This document shows, piece after piece, positions 1 through 8,166 of a stretch of DNA of 32,000 nt (position 1 is its first letter; every line of letters starts with the position of its first letter). Under the pieces are notes generated by a model. That model did not search any database. It saw nothing but the letters and a program-made list of their open reading frames with translations, and was not told the DNA's origin. The position numbers were made by a program, and so were the translations under genes. Origin of the DNA: an uncultured Erysipelotrichaceae bacterium (lineage in GTDB: Bacteria > Bacillota_I > Bacilli_A > Erysipelotrichales > Erysipelotrichaceae); contig OW818653.1 in assembly GCA_942492995.1 (NCBI GenBank), forward strand, positions 1,560,001 to 1,592,000, in the 5' to 3' direction.

Positions 1-208
1 AACGAAGATCCCACATATTTTCCGCAAGTGGCGCAAAACGTACATCCAACATCATCGCTGAATAGAATTGAGCAATTTTGTTTTCTGCTTGTGTTTGGTT
101 AAATCCTAAGGATTCGACGACTTTATTCCATAAATCTAAGAACGCAATTTCGTTCTTTTGTGCGCTTAATACCTCAAACGCAACATCTAACATTGATCGA
201 CTAGTCAT
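1..208 (-). CDS. rpoE: RNA polymerase delta subunit, N-terminal part (gene runs off the window start)
   Basis: Not in the ORF track. Manual translation from ATG 208-206 gives MTSRSMLDVAFEVLSAQKNEIAFLDLWNKVVESLGFNQTQAENKIAQFYSAMMLDVRFAPLAENMWDLR. This aligns with the B. subtilis RpoE N-domain (...[27 protein letters not shown]). SD TAGGAGGA lies just upstream and includes the argS stop codon. Confidence 0.8.
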   Translation of the reverse strand, partial: MTSRSMLDVAFEVLSAQKNEIAFLDLWNKVVESLGFNQTQAENKIAQFYSAMMLDVRFAPLAENMWDLR

Positions 209-217
209 TTAATCCTC

Positions 218-1852
218 CTACATCTTTTCAGGTGCACTTACACCAATTAGGGATAAGGCATTTCTTAAGGTAATCTGGGTAGCTTTTACTAAAGCTAAAC
301 GTTGTTGGCGAAGTTCTTCTTCCGCATGTAATACAATACACTCCCCATAAAATGTATGGAAACTTGCGGCTAACTTCTGGATAAATAGGCAAACAATATG
401 CGGTTGACGAGCAAGTGCTGAATCTTGAATTAATTGTGGGAAGTCCGCAATTAGTTTTAATAAATCCATTTCTTTTTCATGAACGATTAAATCAAAATTT
501 TCACAATCTGTCAATTCTGCTTGTCTTAATATAGAACACATACGAGCATGTGCATATTGGGCATAGTATACAGGATTATCATTTGTTTTGGAATTTGCCA
601 TATCCAAATCTAAATCCATGTGAGTATCGCCTGCTTTGGATACGAAGTAGTATCTTACCGCATCAACTCCTGCCTCATCGATTAAATCTTTTAAGGCAAC
701 TGCTTTTCCTGTACGTTTACTTAACTTAAATTCTTGACCATCTTTTATCATACGTGCCATTTGAATGATATCTACCATTAAATCTTCACGTTTGAATCCA
801 AGTGATATGAATGCGGCTTGTAGACGAGCGATATAACCATGGTGATCTGCACCTAATAGATTAACAAGCTTATCAAATCCACGTTCTTTTTTATTTAAGT
901 GGTACGCAATATCTGGAAGGATATACGTATATGAACCATCGGATTTGATTAGAACTCTGTCTTTGTCATCTCCGTATTCTGTTGTACGCAACCATAGAGC
1001 ACCATCTAATTCATAGGTATGCCCATTCTTAATGAGTGTATCTAATGACTTTTGGACGAGATTTCTATCGTATAGAGATTGTTCAGAACTCCATACATCA
1101 AATTCAACTCTAAATAGCTTTAGATCATCTCTTAGTTTTGCGGTTTCTTTTTCAAGCCCAACTTTTCTAAAATACGCTAAACTATCACTTACTGGTACAT
1201 CTTTATATTCATCCTTAATCTCAGCGTATAAATCATTCGCTATCTCGATTAAATCTTTACCATGATAACCATCTTCCGGTACGCTAACTTCCAAACCACA
1301 GGCTTGTAAATAGCGTGCTTGAAGGGATTTAGCCATATTGTTAATCTGATTGCCTGCATCATTGAGATAATACTCACGCGTCACATCAAATCCAGCTTTT
1401 TTCATGATACGAGTTAGTGAATCACCAATCGCAGCACCACGTGCATGACCAGGATGTAAATCACCTGTTGGATTTGCTGATACATACTCTACGTTATATT
1501 TAATTGGATGATCAACTTTCGTTTCACCATAACATTCATTCTCAGATAATACCGTACGAATCACTTGCGTTAAGATATCTTTCTTAAGGAATAGATTAAT
1601 AAATCCAGCCCCCGCAATATCAGTCTTATCAATTGTACTGTTATCTAATTGATCAATAATACTTTGTGCAATTAATCTTGGATTACTCTTTAATTGTTTC
1701 GTCAAACGCATTGCGATATTACTTGAATAATCGCCTTGTTCCTTAAACTTAGGCACTTCAATTACTATTTCTTCACTCGTAATTTCAATCTCAAAAGCTT
1801 TCAATACAGCTTGTTTAAGATTCTCTTTTAATGCATGTTCAATTTGATTCAT
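218..1852 (-). CDS. argS: Arginine--tRNA ligase (class I)
   Basis: 544-aa ORF. It has the HIGH-type motif (SANPTGDLHPGHARG), a KMSK-like region (FKLSKRTGK) and a C-terminal DALR anticodon-binding region. Length is typical of ArgRS. Confidence 0.95.
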   Translation of the reverse strand: MNQIEHALKENLKQAVLKAFEIEITSEEIVIEVPKFKEQGDYSSNIAMRLTKQLKSNPRLIAQSIIDQLDNSTIDKTDIAGAGFINLFLKKDILTQVIRTVLSENECYGETKVDHPIKYNVEYVSANPTGDLHPGHARGAAIGDSLTRIMKKAGFDVTREYYLNDAGNQINNMAKSLQARYLQACGLEVSVPEDGYHGKDLIEIANDLYAEIKDEYKDVPVSDSLAYFRKVGLEKETAKLRDDLKLFRVEFDVWSSEQSLYDRNLVQKSLDTLIKNGHTYELDGALWLRTTEYGDDKDRVLIKSDGSYTYILPDIAYHLNKKERGFDKLVNLLGADHHGYIARLQAAFISLGFKREDLMVDIIQMARMIKDGQEFKLSKRTGKAVALKDLIDEAGVDAVRYYFVSKAGDTHMDLDLDMANSKTNDNPVYYAQYAHARMCSILRQAELTDCENFDLIVHEKEMDLLKLIADFPQLIQDSALARQPHIVCLFIQKLAASFHTFYGECIVLHAEEELRQQRLALVKATQITLRNALSLIGVSAPEKM

Positions 1853-2244
1853 GCCTCTGCCTCCTTAATCTTCAATTCTAACTTCTGTTCGGTTATTAAA
1901 TCATCGTTTACGTACAAACGATAGTGAATATAGATTAAATCATTATTGTTAATCATATTCAAGGTTTCAACTTCTCCATTGAATACGCTTTGATCATCTT
2001 TAATCTCAAATTTCCCCCTTTTATTCAAGCTGAAGTCCATCATCGTGGTCCCCTCGTACTTCCGCTTTAAATATATCGTTTCATCCGTAAATGTCATCGT
2101 TACTTGAGTTGTTTTATCTTCCTCTAAATACTCGATTTTACGTGGGTTTTCAGATATTTTCCCATACATTTCAATGTTGCTTATTTCATCATTATCTAAA
2201 CAATCAATAAGACTTAATTTTAATTTCACGATTCTTTCGGGCAT
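1849..2244 (-). CDS. DUF1934 (YwiB-like) small beta-barrel protein
   Basis: 131-aa ORF directly upstream of argS, with an ATGA stop/start overlap at 1849-1852. This is the conserved Firmicute ywiB-argS arrangement. The assignment rests on context and size, not on a strong motif. Confidence 0.6.
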   Translation of the reverse strand: MPERIVKLKLSLIDCLDNDEISNIEMYGKISENPRKIEYLEEDKTTQVTMTFTDETIYLKRKYEGTTMMDFSLNKRGKFEIKDDQSVFNGEVETLNMINNNDLIYIHYRLYVNDDLITEQKLELKIKEAEA

Positions 2245-2268
2245 TGGTGTCCTACCTTACCTGAAAAG

Positions 2269-2296
2269 ATTATATGTAAATCAGAAAATATGTCAA
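2269..2296 (-). promoter_or_regulatory. Consensus sigma-A promoter for DUF1934-argS(-rpoE)
   Basis: On the minus strand: TTGACA (2296-2291), 16 nt, TATAAT (2274-2269). SD AAGGTAGGA and the ATG at 2244 follow about 20 nt downstream. The leader is too short for a T-box. Confidence 0.7.
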
Positions 2297-2307
2297 GCGA
2301 TATCCAT

Positions 2308-2350
2308 AAATAAAATAATAAACACCATTGAATTATCTCGAATGGTGTTT
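2308..2350 (-). terminator. Rho-independent terminator ending the ABC operon
   Basis: 10-bp stem aaacaccatt (2320-2329) / aatggtgttt (2341-2350) with an 11-nt loop. On the minus strand it is followed by a T-rich run (tattattttattt). Confidence 0.7.
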
Positions 2351-2359
2351 ATTAATAAC

Positions 2360-2554
2360 TTATTTGAATATAAATGCTAATACTAGGAAGATTACCGCAA
2401 ACCCCAGTAATAGTAGTTTGTAGTTCTTTTTACCAAGTTTATCAATCATAAACTTAGTTTTAGGATTCCCTTCATAAAAGAATGGAATCTCTACGAAATA
2501 CGCTACTAGATACAAGACTGCGAGTAAGAAAAATACGATTGACCAAGTGTTCAT
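2360..2554 (-). CDS. Small two-TM membrane protein, last gene of the ABC operon
   Basis: 64-aa ORF with two hydrophobic helices flanking a basic loop (KTKFMIDKLGKKNYK). Strong SD AAAGGAGAAAG lies 4 nt before the ATG. It starts 20 nt after the upstream permease gene. Confidence 0.6.
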   Translation of the reverse strand: MNTWSIVFFLLAVLYLVAYFVEIPFFYEGNPKTKFMIDKLGKKNYKLLLLGFAVIFLVLAFIFK

Positions 2555-2574
2555 GCACTTTCTCCTTTACTAAT

Positions 2575-3303
2575 TTACATATATTTACGTTTGAAAACGT
2601 TATACATCCAATAGACTAAGATTAAATTATAGATAAAGCCAATCCCTAAATATAAATAGAAATTAAGATTCATTGTTACAACACCTAAATCAATATACGG
2701 TCTTAATAAACTATACTGAACTGCTTTTGCCCCCCAGTAAGCTGGTGCAAATGCGAATAACCATTCTTTCCAATCTAAGAAGAAGAATGAAATAATTGGG
2801 AATATGATTAAGAAACCAGAACCTTTCATCGCAATAAAGCCTTCTACCTTATTACTTGATAATGCGTTGATTAGAAACGCATTGATTGGGACTTGTAAGC
2901 CAATCAAGAGTGATATTAAGATAAAGTCGAATAACTCTAGACCTAATCCACCCATGATTATAAAGATAAGCAAGTTAGCTAATACACTTAGAATATAAAT
3001 GAATATTACTTTGAACCAAACATAGAATCGTACATTCATTGGCGATATCTGTATTGATAGAAAGACATTATCATCACGATCATCAAGAATCGAGAATCCA
3101 GCCATTGATCCAAATATCATTCCAGAGATAATCGTAAGAGCCACAATCATTAAGTTAATCCCATTCTCATCGAAATCTTGGGTATCTAATAAGTACTTAC
3201 CTAAGAAACCAACCATCAGTGGATACACCAACAACATTGCGGTCATACGATCGCGTAATATATTCTTGAATTCAAATTTGATTAAGCGTAGAAACATACT
3301 CAT
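2575..3303 (-). CDS. ABC-2 type exporter permease (second subunit)
   Basis: 242-aa protein with about 6 TM helices. ATGA overlap with the upstream permease at 3300-3303. Composition resembles the 'fluoroquinolone transport system' type of permease (Rv2686c/2687c-like). Confidence 0.7.
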   Translation of the reverse strand: MSMFLRLIKFEFKNILRDRMTAMLLVYPLMVGFLGKYLLDTQDFDENGINLMIVALTIISGMIFGSMAGFSILDDRDDNVFLSIQISPMNVRFYVWFKVIFIYILSVLANLLIFIIMGGLGLELFDFILISLLIGLQVPINAFLINALSSNKVEGFIAMKGSGFLIIFPIISFFFLDWKEWLFAFAPAYWGAKAVQYSLLRPYIDLGVVTMNLNFYLYLGIGFIYNLILVYWMYNVFKRKYM

Positions 3304-4028
3304 ACCCCCAAATCTTTCGTCGCATAGGCTTTGAAGTTTGGTAGAACTAAGAATCTATATAAGATAAAACTTAATCCAATAATATATACACTATCCATAA
3401 GATACTGAATCCCATCAAATGTTGAATTAAATGACGCATTCAATAAACGTAATGTGACTTCAGTCGGTGTCCAGAAGATAAAATCAATGGTCGATTGAGG
3501 TAGAATACCTAATAATACAAAGATGCTTGGTAGAACCAACACAATCATAAGCACCATATAATTCATGAGTAGTGCCGTAAAGTCTTTTGAGATATAACTT
3601 AGCAACACACCGACAAACACATAATAACTACTCACTAGTACAATCCCAATGAATAACCAATGGAAGTTAAACAAGAAATCTTTGAAGAAATAGAGTGATA
3701 CTCCAATAATCACAAAGATTAAAAGTATATTCATAATATTCGCAATAATCTTACCCAATAAATACTCTGTTTCAGTCATCGGTGAGATTAACATTGAACT
3801 GATGGTATGTTCCTTCTTTTCATAGAACATTTCCGCACCTACTAAGAGTGATGTCATAGCGGATGATTCCATTAAGAAGACAAATGGAAGAAATTGTTTA
3901 AACTCTTCGATTTCTAGGAAATAGCCAATACCTACCCACACAAGTGCCACTACCAGTGAAGCTGTGAATAAATTATATTTTGTGAGACGAGTGAATTCAC
4001 CCGTTACCAAATGTTTAATCTTCTCCAT
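3300..4028 (-). CDS. ABC-2 type exporter permease (first subunit)
   Basis: 242-aa polytopic membrane ORF. Its start overlaps the ATPase gene end by 14 nt. Confidence 0.7.
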   Translation of the reverse strand: MEKIKHLVTGEFTRLTKYNLFTASLVVALVWVGIGYFLEIEEFKQFLPFVFLMESSAMTSLLVGAEMFYEKKEHTISSMLISPMTETEYLLGKIIANIMNILLIFVIIGVSLYFFKDFLFNFHWLFIGIVLVSSYYVFVGVLLSYISKDFTALLMNYMVLMIVLVLPSIFVLLGILPQSTIDFIFWTPTEVTLRLLNASFNSTFDGIQYLMDSVYIIGLSFILYRFLVLPNFKAYATKDLGV

Positions 4029-4872
4029 GAAGTTTTACTCCAGTCACTTGGATAAATATTTCTTCGAGGGTAGTTTCTCCACTGTGTATGGTTTCAATGT
4101 TTTTAGTTTGTAAGAGTTGTGTAAATGATTCAGATTTTATCTCATCCATTTCGAATACTCGAGATTCAGTTTGATTGTTTTCGTTATATTCAACGGTAAC
4201 TGTACGTTTTCCATATTTAATCTTTAAGTTACGTGGACTATCAATTTCTGCGATTTTACCATCGGTAATAAACGCAACGCGATCACATAGCTCATCGACA
4301 TCCGACATGATGTGTGATGTTAGGAAAACAGTTCCACCATTATGGGCAAATTCACGTATCATATCCTTCACAATACGTGAGTTCTTTGGATCTAAGCCGT
4401 TTGTAGGTTCATCCAAGAATAACATCTTAGGTTTATTTAAAAGCGCTCTAACGAGATTTAAACGAATCTTCATCCCTTTAGAATATTCACCTACGAGTTT
4501 ATTGCGATCATCCCATAAACCTAAACGTTCCATAAGTGGTTGTATATCCGCATGATTCTTATAGAGCTTTTGGAAGAACTCTAGGTTTTCCATTGCGGTT
4601 AGTTTAGAGAACGAGATTGGCATTTCGAAACATACCCCAATCTCTTCATAGAACGCATCATTAAAACTCTTTAAATCTTTATCATCAAATTCTATTTCAC
4701 CTTGATCATAGTTTAAGAGTTTAACCAATATCTTCTGTGTCGTCGTCTTACCTGCACCACTTGGTCCTAAGAAACCAAATATCTCACCTTGTTTAATCTC
4801 AAAGTCGATGCCTTTAATGGTATTCTCTTGGTTCTTTGGATATTTAAATACTAAATTTTTAACTTTGAACAT
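4015..4872 (-). CDS. ABC transporter ATP-binding protein
   Basis: Walker A GPSGAGKTT, signature YSKGMKIRL, Walker B MLFLDEPTNGLD, H-loop TSH. SD AAGGAGA lies directly after the TetR stop codon. Confidence 0.9.
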   Translation of the reverse strand: MFKVKNLVFKYPKNQENTIKGIDFEIKQGEIFGFLGPSGAGKTTTQKILVKLLNYDQGEIEFDDKDLKSFNDAFYEEIGVCFEMPISFSKLTAMENLEFFQKLYKNHADIQPLMERLGLWDDRNKLVGEYSKGMKIRLNLVRALLNKPKMLFLDEPTNGLDPKNSRIVKDMIREFAHNGGTVFLTSHIMSDVDELCDRVAFITDGKIAEIDSPRNLKIKYGKRTVTVEYNENNQTESRVFEMDEIKSESFTQLLQTKNIETIHSGETTLEEIFIQVTGVKLHGED

Positions 4873-4880
4873 ATGTCTCC

Positions 4881-5483
4881 TTAGTGAACGATTGTCCCAT
4901 ATTGAATTAAATGGATTATTTCTTCAGATTTCTCTATCATCAATTCATATTCTTTATTCTCAAAGTGTTCTAATAATATCTTTTGACTCGTACTTGTTAA
5001 TACTTCAGTTAATAAGACTGGATCAATATCCTCGCGAATAATTCCTCTATCTTGATCTCTTCGTATTAATTGATGAAAGTAATCCTGTAAAGATGGATTC
5101 TTTTCGTTTAGTTTTTTAATAAATTCACTATTATCTCTCTGCATATTCAATCCTATTTTGTAATAACGAGGTTGTGCCTCCATCCAAACACGAACTTGTT
5201 TCAACATATTTAAATAATCATCGAATACTGAATGACTCTCAGCTTGTACAATATCTTTGAATAACAGATATTTCTCTTGTGCAATCATACTCAATACTTC
5301 AATATAACAATCTTCCTTATTCTCGAAGTACTGATAAAAGCTTCCTCTAGATATATCCGCATTCTTGATGATTCGATTAATTGAAGCATCTGTAAATGTA
5401 TATAAACTAAATTCTTCAAAGCACGCTTCTATTAGTCGATCTTTCTTATCTTTGTCTAAGTTATAAAATGTTTGTTTAGGCAT
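4881..5483 (-). CDS. TetR/AcrR family transcriptional regulator
   Basis: 200-aa protein with an N-terminal TetR HTH (FEEFSLYTFTDASINRIIKNADISRGSFYQYFENKEDCY). It is the first gene of the operon, 8 nt upstream of the ABC ATPase gene. Confidence 0.85.
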   Translation of the reverse strand: MPKQTFYNLDKDKKDRLIEACFEEFSLYTFTDASINRIIKNADISRGSFYQYFENKEDCYIEVLSMIAQEKYLLFKDIVQAESHSVFDDYLNMLKQVRVWMEAQPRYYKIGLNMQRDNSEFIKKLNEKNPSLQDYFHQLIRRDQDRGIIREDIDPVLLTEVLTSTSQKILLEHFENKEYELMIEKSEEIIHLIQYGTIVH

Positions 5484-5500
5484 ATGACACCCCTGTCATA
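5483..5500. promoter_or_regulatory. Perfect inverted repeat TATGACA-N4-TGTCATA, candidate TetR operator
   Basis: Read directly: tatgaca cccc tgtcata at 5483-5500. It abuts the TetR start codon (ATG 5483-5481) and covers the only SD-like G-run. Confidence 0.5.
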
Positions 5501-5503
5501 ACT

Positions 5504-5532
5504 ATCTTACATCACCATAATATGATAATCAA
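5504..5532 (-). promoter_or_regulatory. Putative sigma-A promoter of the TetR-ABC operon
   Basis: On the minus strand: TTGATT (5532-5527), 17 nt, TAAGAT (5509-5504). This places the transcription start at or inside the palindrome. Confidence 0.45.
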
Positions 5533-5550
5533 GTACGAAGCTTTATTAAT

Positions 5551-5589
5551 CGAACAAATAAAAACTCACACTGAATTTTCAATGTGAGT
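5551..5589 (-). terminator. Rho-independent terminator after the VOC gene (end of sugar operon)
   Basis: Stem actcaca (5564-5570) / tgtgagt (5583-5589), with 2 further pairs after one mismatch. On the minus strand it is followed by ttttatttgtt. Confidence 0.6.
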
Positions 5590-5600
5590 ATATTGCATAA

Positions 5601-6074
5601 TTAGATATTTCCTACAATCTGATAAGAACCTTCAGTATATTGCATAATCTCAAAACGATTACCATCAGGATCTTGAATCCACATTTGCCATGTCTTTGAT
5701 GGACCAATATTTGGCTCTACATCTATTGCGATTCTAAGTTTAACGAGTTCTTCACGGCATGCATGGATATCATCCACAAGTAGTGCAAAATGTGAGTACC
5801 CAACATGTTCATTCCAATCGGTATGCGGAAGCTGTAAAACTGATTTCGGAAAGAACTCAAGAAATTGTCCTGGCGCTATTTCTACATAGGTTAGAAAGAT
5901 ATCATCTGGTCTTTCTTCTGCCATCTTTTTCATATGTGGTTTGTTAGAGTCTTTATATGCACTAAAACGAGTTAATATTTTTTGTTTAAGTCCAAGTTTC
6001 CCACAATAAAATTCTAGCGTCTTTTCAATGTCTTCCACATAGAAAGACACATGCATGATTGATTTAAATTCCAT
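5601..6074 (-). CDS. VOC (glyoxalase/bleomycin-resistance/dioxygenase) family protein
   Basis: Two beta-alpha-beta-beta-beta modules: HVSFYVEDIEKTLEFYCGKLGL and HFALLVDDIHACREEL...DPDGNRFEI. I moved the start to ATG 6074 (MEFKSIMHV) because SD AAAGGAGAG precedes it. The track start at 6125 would overlap the upstream gene by 35 nt. Confidence 0.8.
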   Translation of the reverse strand: MEFKSIMHVSFYVEDIEKTLEFYCGKLGLKQKILTRFSAYKDSNKPHMKKMAEERPDDIFLTYVEIAPGQFLEFFPKSVLQLPHTDWNEHVGYSHFALLVDDIHACREELVKLRIAIDVEPNIGPSKTWQMWIQDPDGNRFEIMQYTEGSYQIVGNI

Positions 6075-6090
6075 TTTCTCTCCTTTATAA

Positions 6091-7074
6091 TTATTTCTTA
6101 TCCGCTGTAAAATATAGTCCAGCATCTCTTCTAATCTTAGTCATGAGTTTCATAATCATTTGCGTCTTATCAAGCAAAGCATTCATCTCATTTCGATTTC
6201 CATTTTTTATGATTGATTCAAATGCTTGTACTTCATATACCAAACGATTATCTTGAGTTTGTACATTAAATACAGTCTTTTCTTTGTTTTGAGTTAATGT
6301 AAATGAACGCAATCCATTTACACCTTCATTAAACTCAATCATTCCATTCTCACCATGAATTACACCATATGGTTTTCCAACACTATCCTTAGTCGCTATA
6401 GCACTAATTGTCATATGTGGATATTGAATATACAACATACCGGATAGATCGATTCCATTTGGATGTAAATTAGCGAAATATTGACTATTTGTTGGATAAC
6501 CAAATAATTCTATCGCAAAATTTAGATGATAAATATTCAAATCCATAAACGCTCCACCAGAAAATTCTGGATTAAATACATTTGGTAATTCACCTGCACG
6601 TAATGCGTTGAATTTACTCGAGTATTGGCACATGGATAATTCTGTCCATTTAATTGGTTCTATAAGACTTAATTTCAGTTTTAACAATTCAAGATTCGGC
6701 ATAAAGCGAATCGACATTGCCTCAAACAAGTAACACCCTTTTTCATTTGCCTTAGCGATTAATTGTGCAGATTCTTCATCCGTTGAACAAAATGGTTTCT
6801 CGACAATCGCATTTTTACCTGCATTTAAAATATCTAAAGTTTGAGCGAAATGCAAACTATTAGGAGAAGCTACATAGACTGTATCAATTTCCACATCCTT
6901 TAACATTGTATTAATATCTGTGAATATTTTAGTGATTCCAAATTTATCCGCTAGTGTTTTCCCAGTTGATTCTTGACGTGAATAAACTGCCACAACTTCA
7001 ACCCCATCTACTTTATGACATGCGTCAATAAAGCCTTCTACAATTACTCCAGTCCCAATCGTCGCTATTTTCAT
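6091..7074 (-). CDS. Gfo/Idh/MocA family NAD(P)-dependent oxidoreductase
   Basis: N-terminal Rossmann motif MKIATIGTGVI, the family EKP motif (AIVEKPF), and a C-terminal alpha/beta domain. 327 aa. Confidence 0.85.
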   Translation of the reverse strand: MKIATIGTGVIVEGFIDACHKVDGVEVVAVYSRQESTGKTLADKFGITKIFTDINTMLKDVEIDTVYVASPNSLHFAQTLDILNAGKNAIVEKPFCSTDEESAQLIAKANEKGCYLFEAMSIRFMPNLELLKLKLSLIEPIKWTELSMCQYSSKFNALRAGELPNVFNPEFSGGAFMDLNIYHLNFAIELFGYPTNSQYFANLHPNGIDLSGMLYIQYPHMTISAIATKDSVGKPYGVIHGENGMIEFNEGVNGLRSFTLTQNKEKTVFNVQTQDNRLVYEVQAFESIIKNGNRNEMNALLDKTQMIMKLMTKIRRDAGLYFTADKK

Positions 7075-7075
7075 A

Positions 7076-8092
7076 TTAGCCCTCGATACTTTCTAGTGCT
7101 TCCTCAACAATCTTCAATATAAGAAGAACTTGTTCCTCTTTTACAATCAATTCAGCTTTGTGATTAATCACATCATATAGATTATCGTATATTTTTCCAT
7201 ATTCCGTAATCTCTGTAGGAACTTTTTCAGTTATATCTTTTAGATTTTGATCAATATACGATAGTGTACCCCAATTGGATTCAGGTTCTACATCAAATGA
7301 AACAGTTAAAGGTTCTGGTGTTTTATGTGCAGATAAATGTCCTTGGGTGTTCTTTATAAAGCTACCACGTGTTCCGTGCGCAATGAATTTAGGGAAATCG
7401 ATTTTAGCACACATACTACATTTTACAGTGAATTTCATTTTACCGTAGAAGAAATCAATATCAATATCATCGTCACCGTTTTCAGTAAGTACAGCTCGTA
7501 CATCGTAATGAATACGATCTGGTTTACCAAAGAGCGAGACCATTTGATCAATTGGATGAATAGCTAAACCCGCAATCATTCCTCTTCCACCTGGCCCTTT
7601 TTGCGCACCAAATCTAAAGTAATGATAATGCGATTGAATTTCTACTATATCTCCTAGCACTTTTGAATCAACTATCTTTTTAAGCGTTAAAAAATCCGCA
7701 TCATATCTACGATTATTATTACATGTAACAATTAAGCCTTTTGATCGACCTAAATCATAAACTTCTTGTGCTTCTTTTACACTACGTGCAAATGGCTTTT
7801 CAACTAACACATGTTTATTCGCATTGAGCGCAGCTTTTGCGTACATTGCGTGAGTATCATTTCCTGTATTAATCGAAATTAAATCAATTTCTGGATCATT
7901 TAATATATCATCTAAATTTGACGTAAACATGATATTTGGATAACACGCTTCACGATCCATTTCACCGGATAAATCACGATCTTCTTGACGACGATAGACT
8001 GATTTTACACGTATGTATTCGCGATCCTTGATAAATGGTAAATGGTAGCGAATAACACTATTCCCAAATCCGATGTATGCGACTGTTAACAT
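7076..8092 (-). CDS. Gfo/Idh/MocA family oxidoreductase (YhhX/YdgJ-like)
   Basis: Motifs AYIGFGNSVIRYHLPF and HVLVEKPF. 338 aa. Its stop TAA lies 1 nt before the next gene's ATG. Confidence 0.85.
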   Translation of the reverse strand: MLTVAYIGFGNSVIRYHLPFIKDREYIRVKSVYRRQEDRDLSGEMDREACYPNIMFTSNLDDILNDPEIDLISINTGNDTHAMYAKAALNANKHVLVEKPFARSVKEAQEVYDLGRSKGLIVTCNNNRRYDADFLTLKKIVDSKVLGDIVEIQSHYHYFRFGAQKGPGGRGMIAGLAIHPIDQMVSLFGKPDRIHYDVRAVLTENGDDDIDIDFFYGKMKFTVKCSMCAKIDFPKFIAHGTRGSFIKNTQGHLSAHKTPEPLTVSFDVEPESNWGTLSYIDQNLKDITEKVPTEITEYGKIYDNLYDVINHKAELIVKEEQVLLILKIVEEALESIEG

Positions 8093-8124
8093 AACAATTC
8101 CTCCTCGTATGTTTGTATAACGTT

Positions 8125-8153
8125 TTAGGGGAAGATTTCAGTTCTTCCCCTAA
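8125..8153 (-). other. GC-rich intercistronic stem-loop without a U-tract
   Basis: 11-bp stem ttaggggaaga (8125-8135) / tcttcccctaa (8143-8153) with a 7-nt loop. On the minus-strand RNA it is followed by aacguuauac, which is not a U run. Confidence 0.6.
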
Positions 8154-8166
8154 TCTACGTTATTCT

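Noticed and set aside
2245-2268. T-box or other riboswitch leader upstream of DUF1934-argS
   Set aside because: Only about 20 nt lie between the promoter -10 and the start codon. That leaves no room for a specifier or antiterminator structure.
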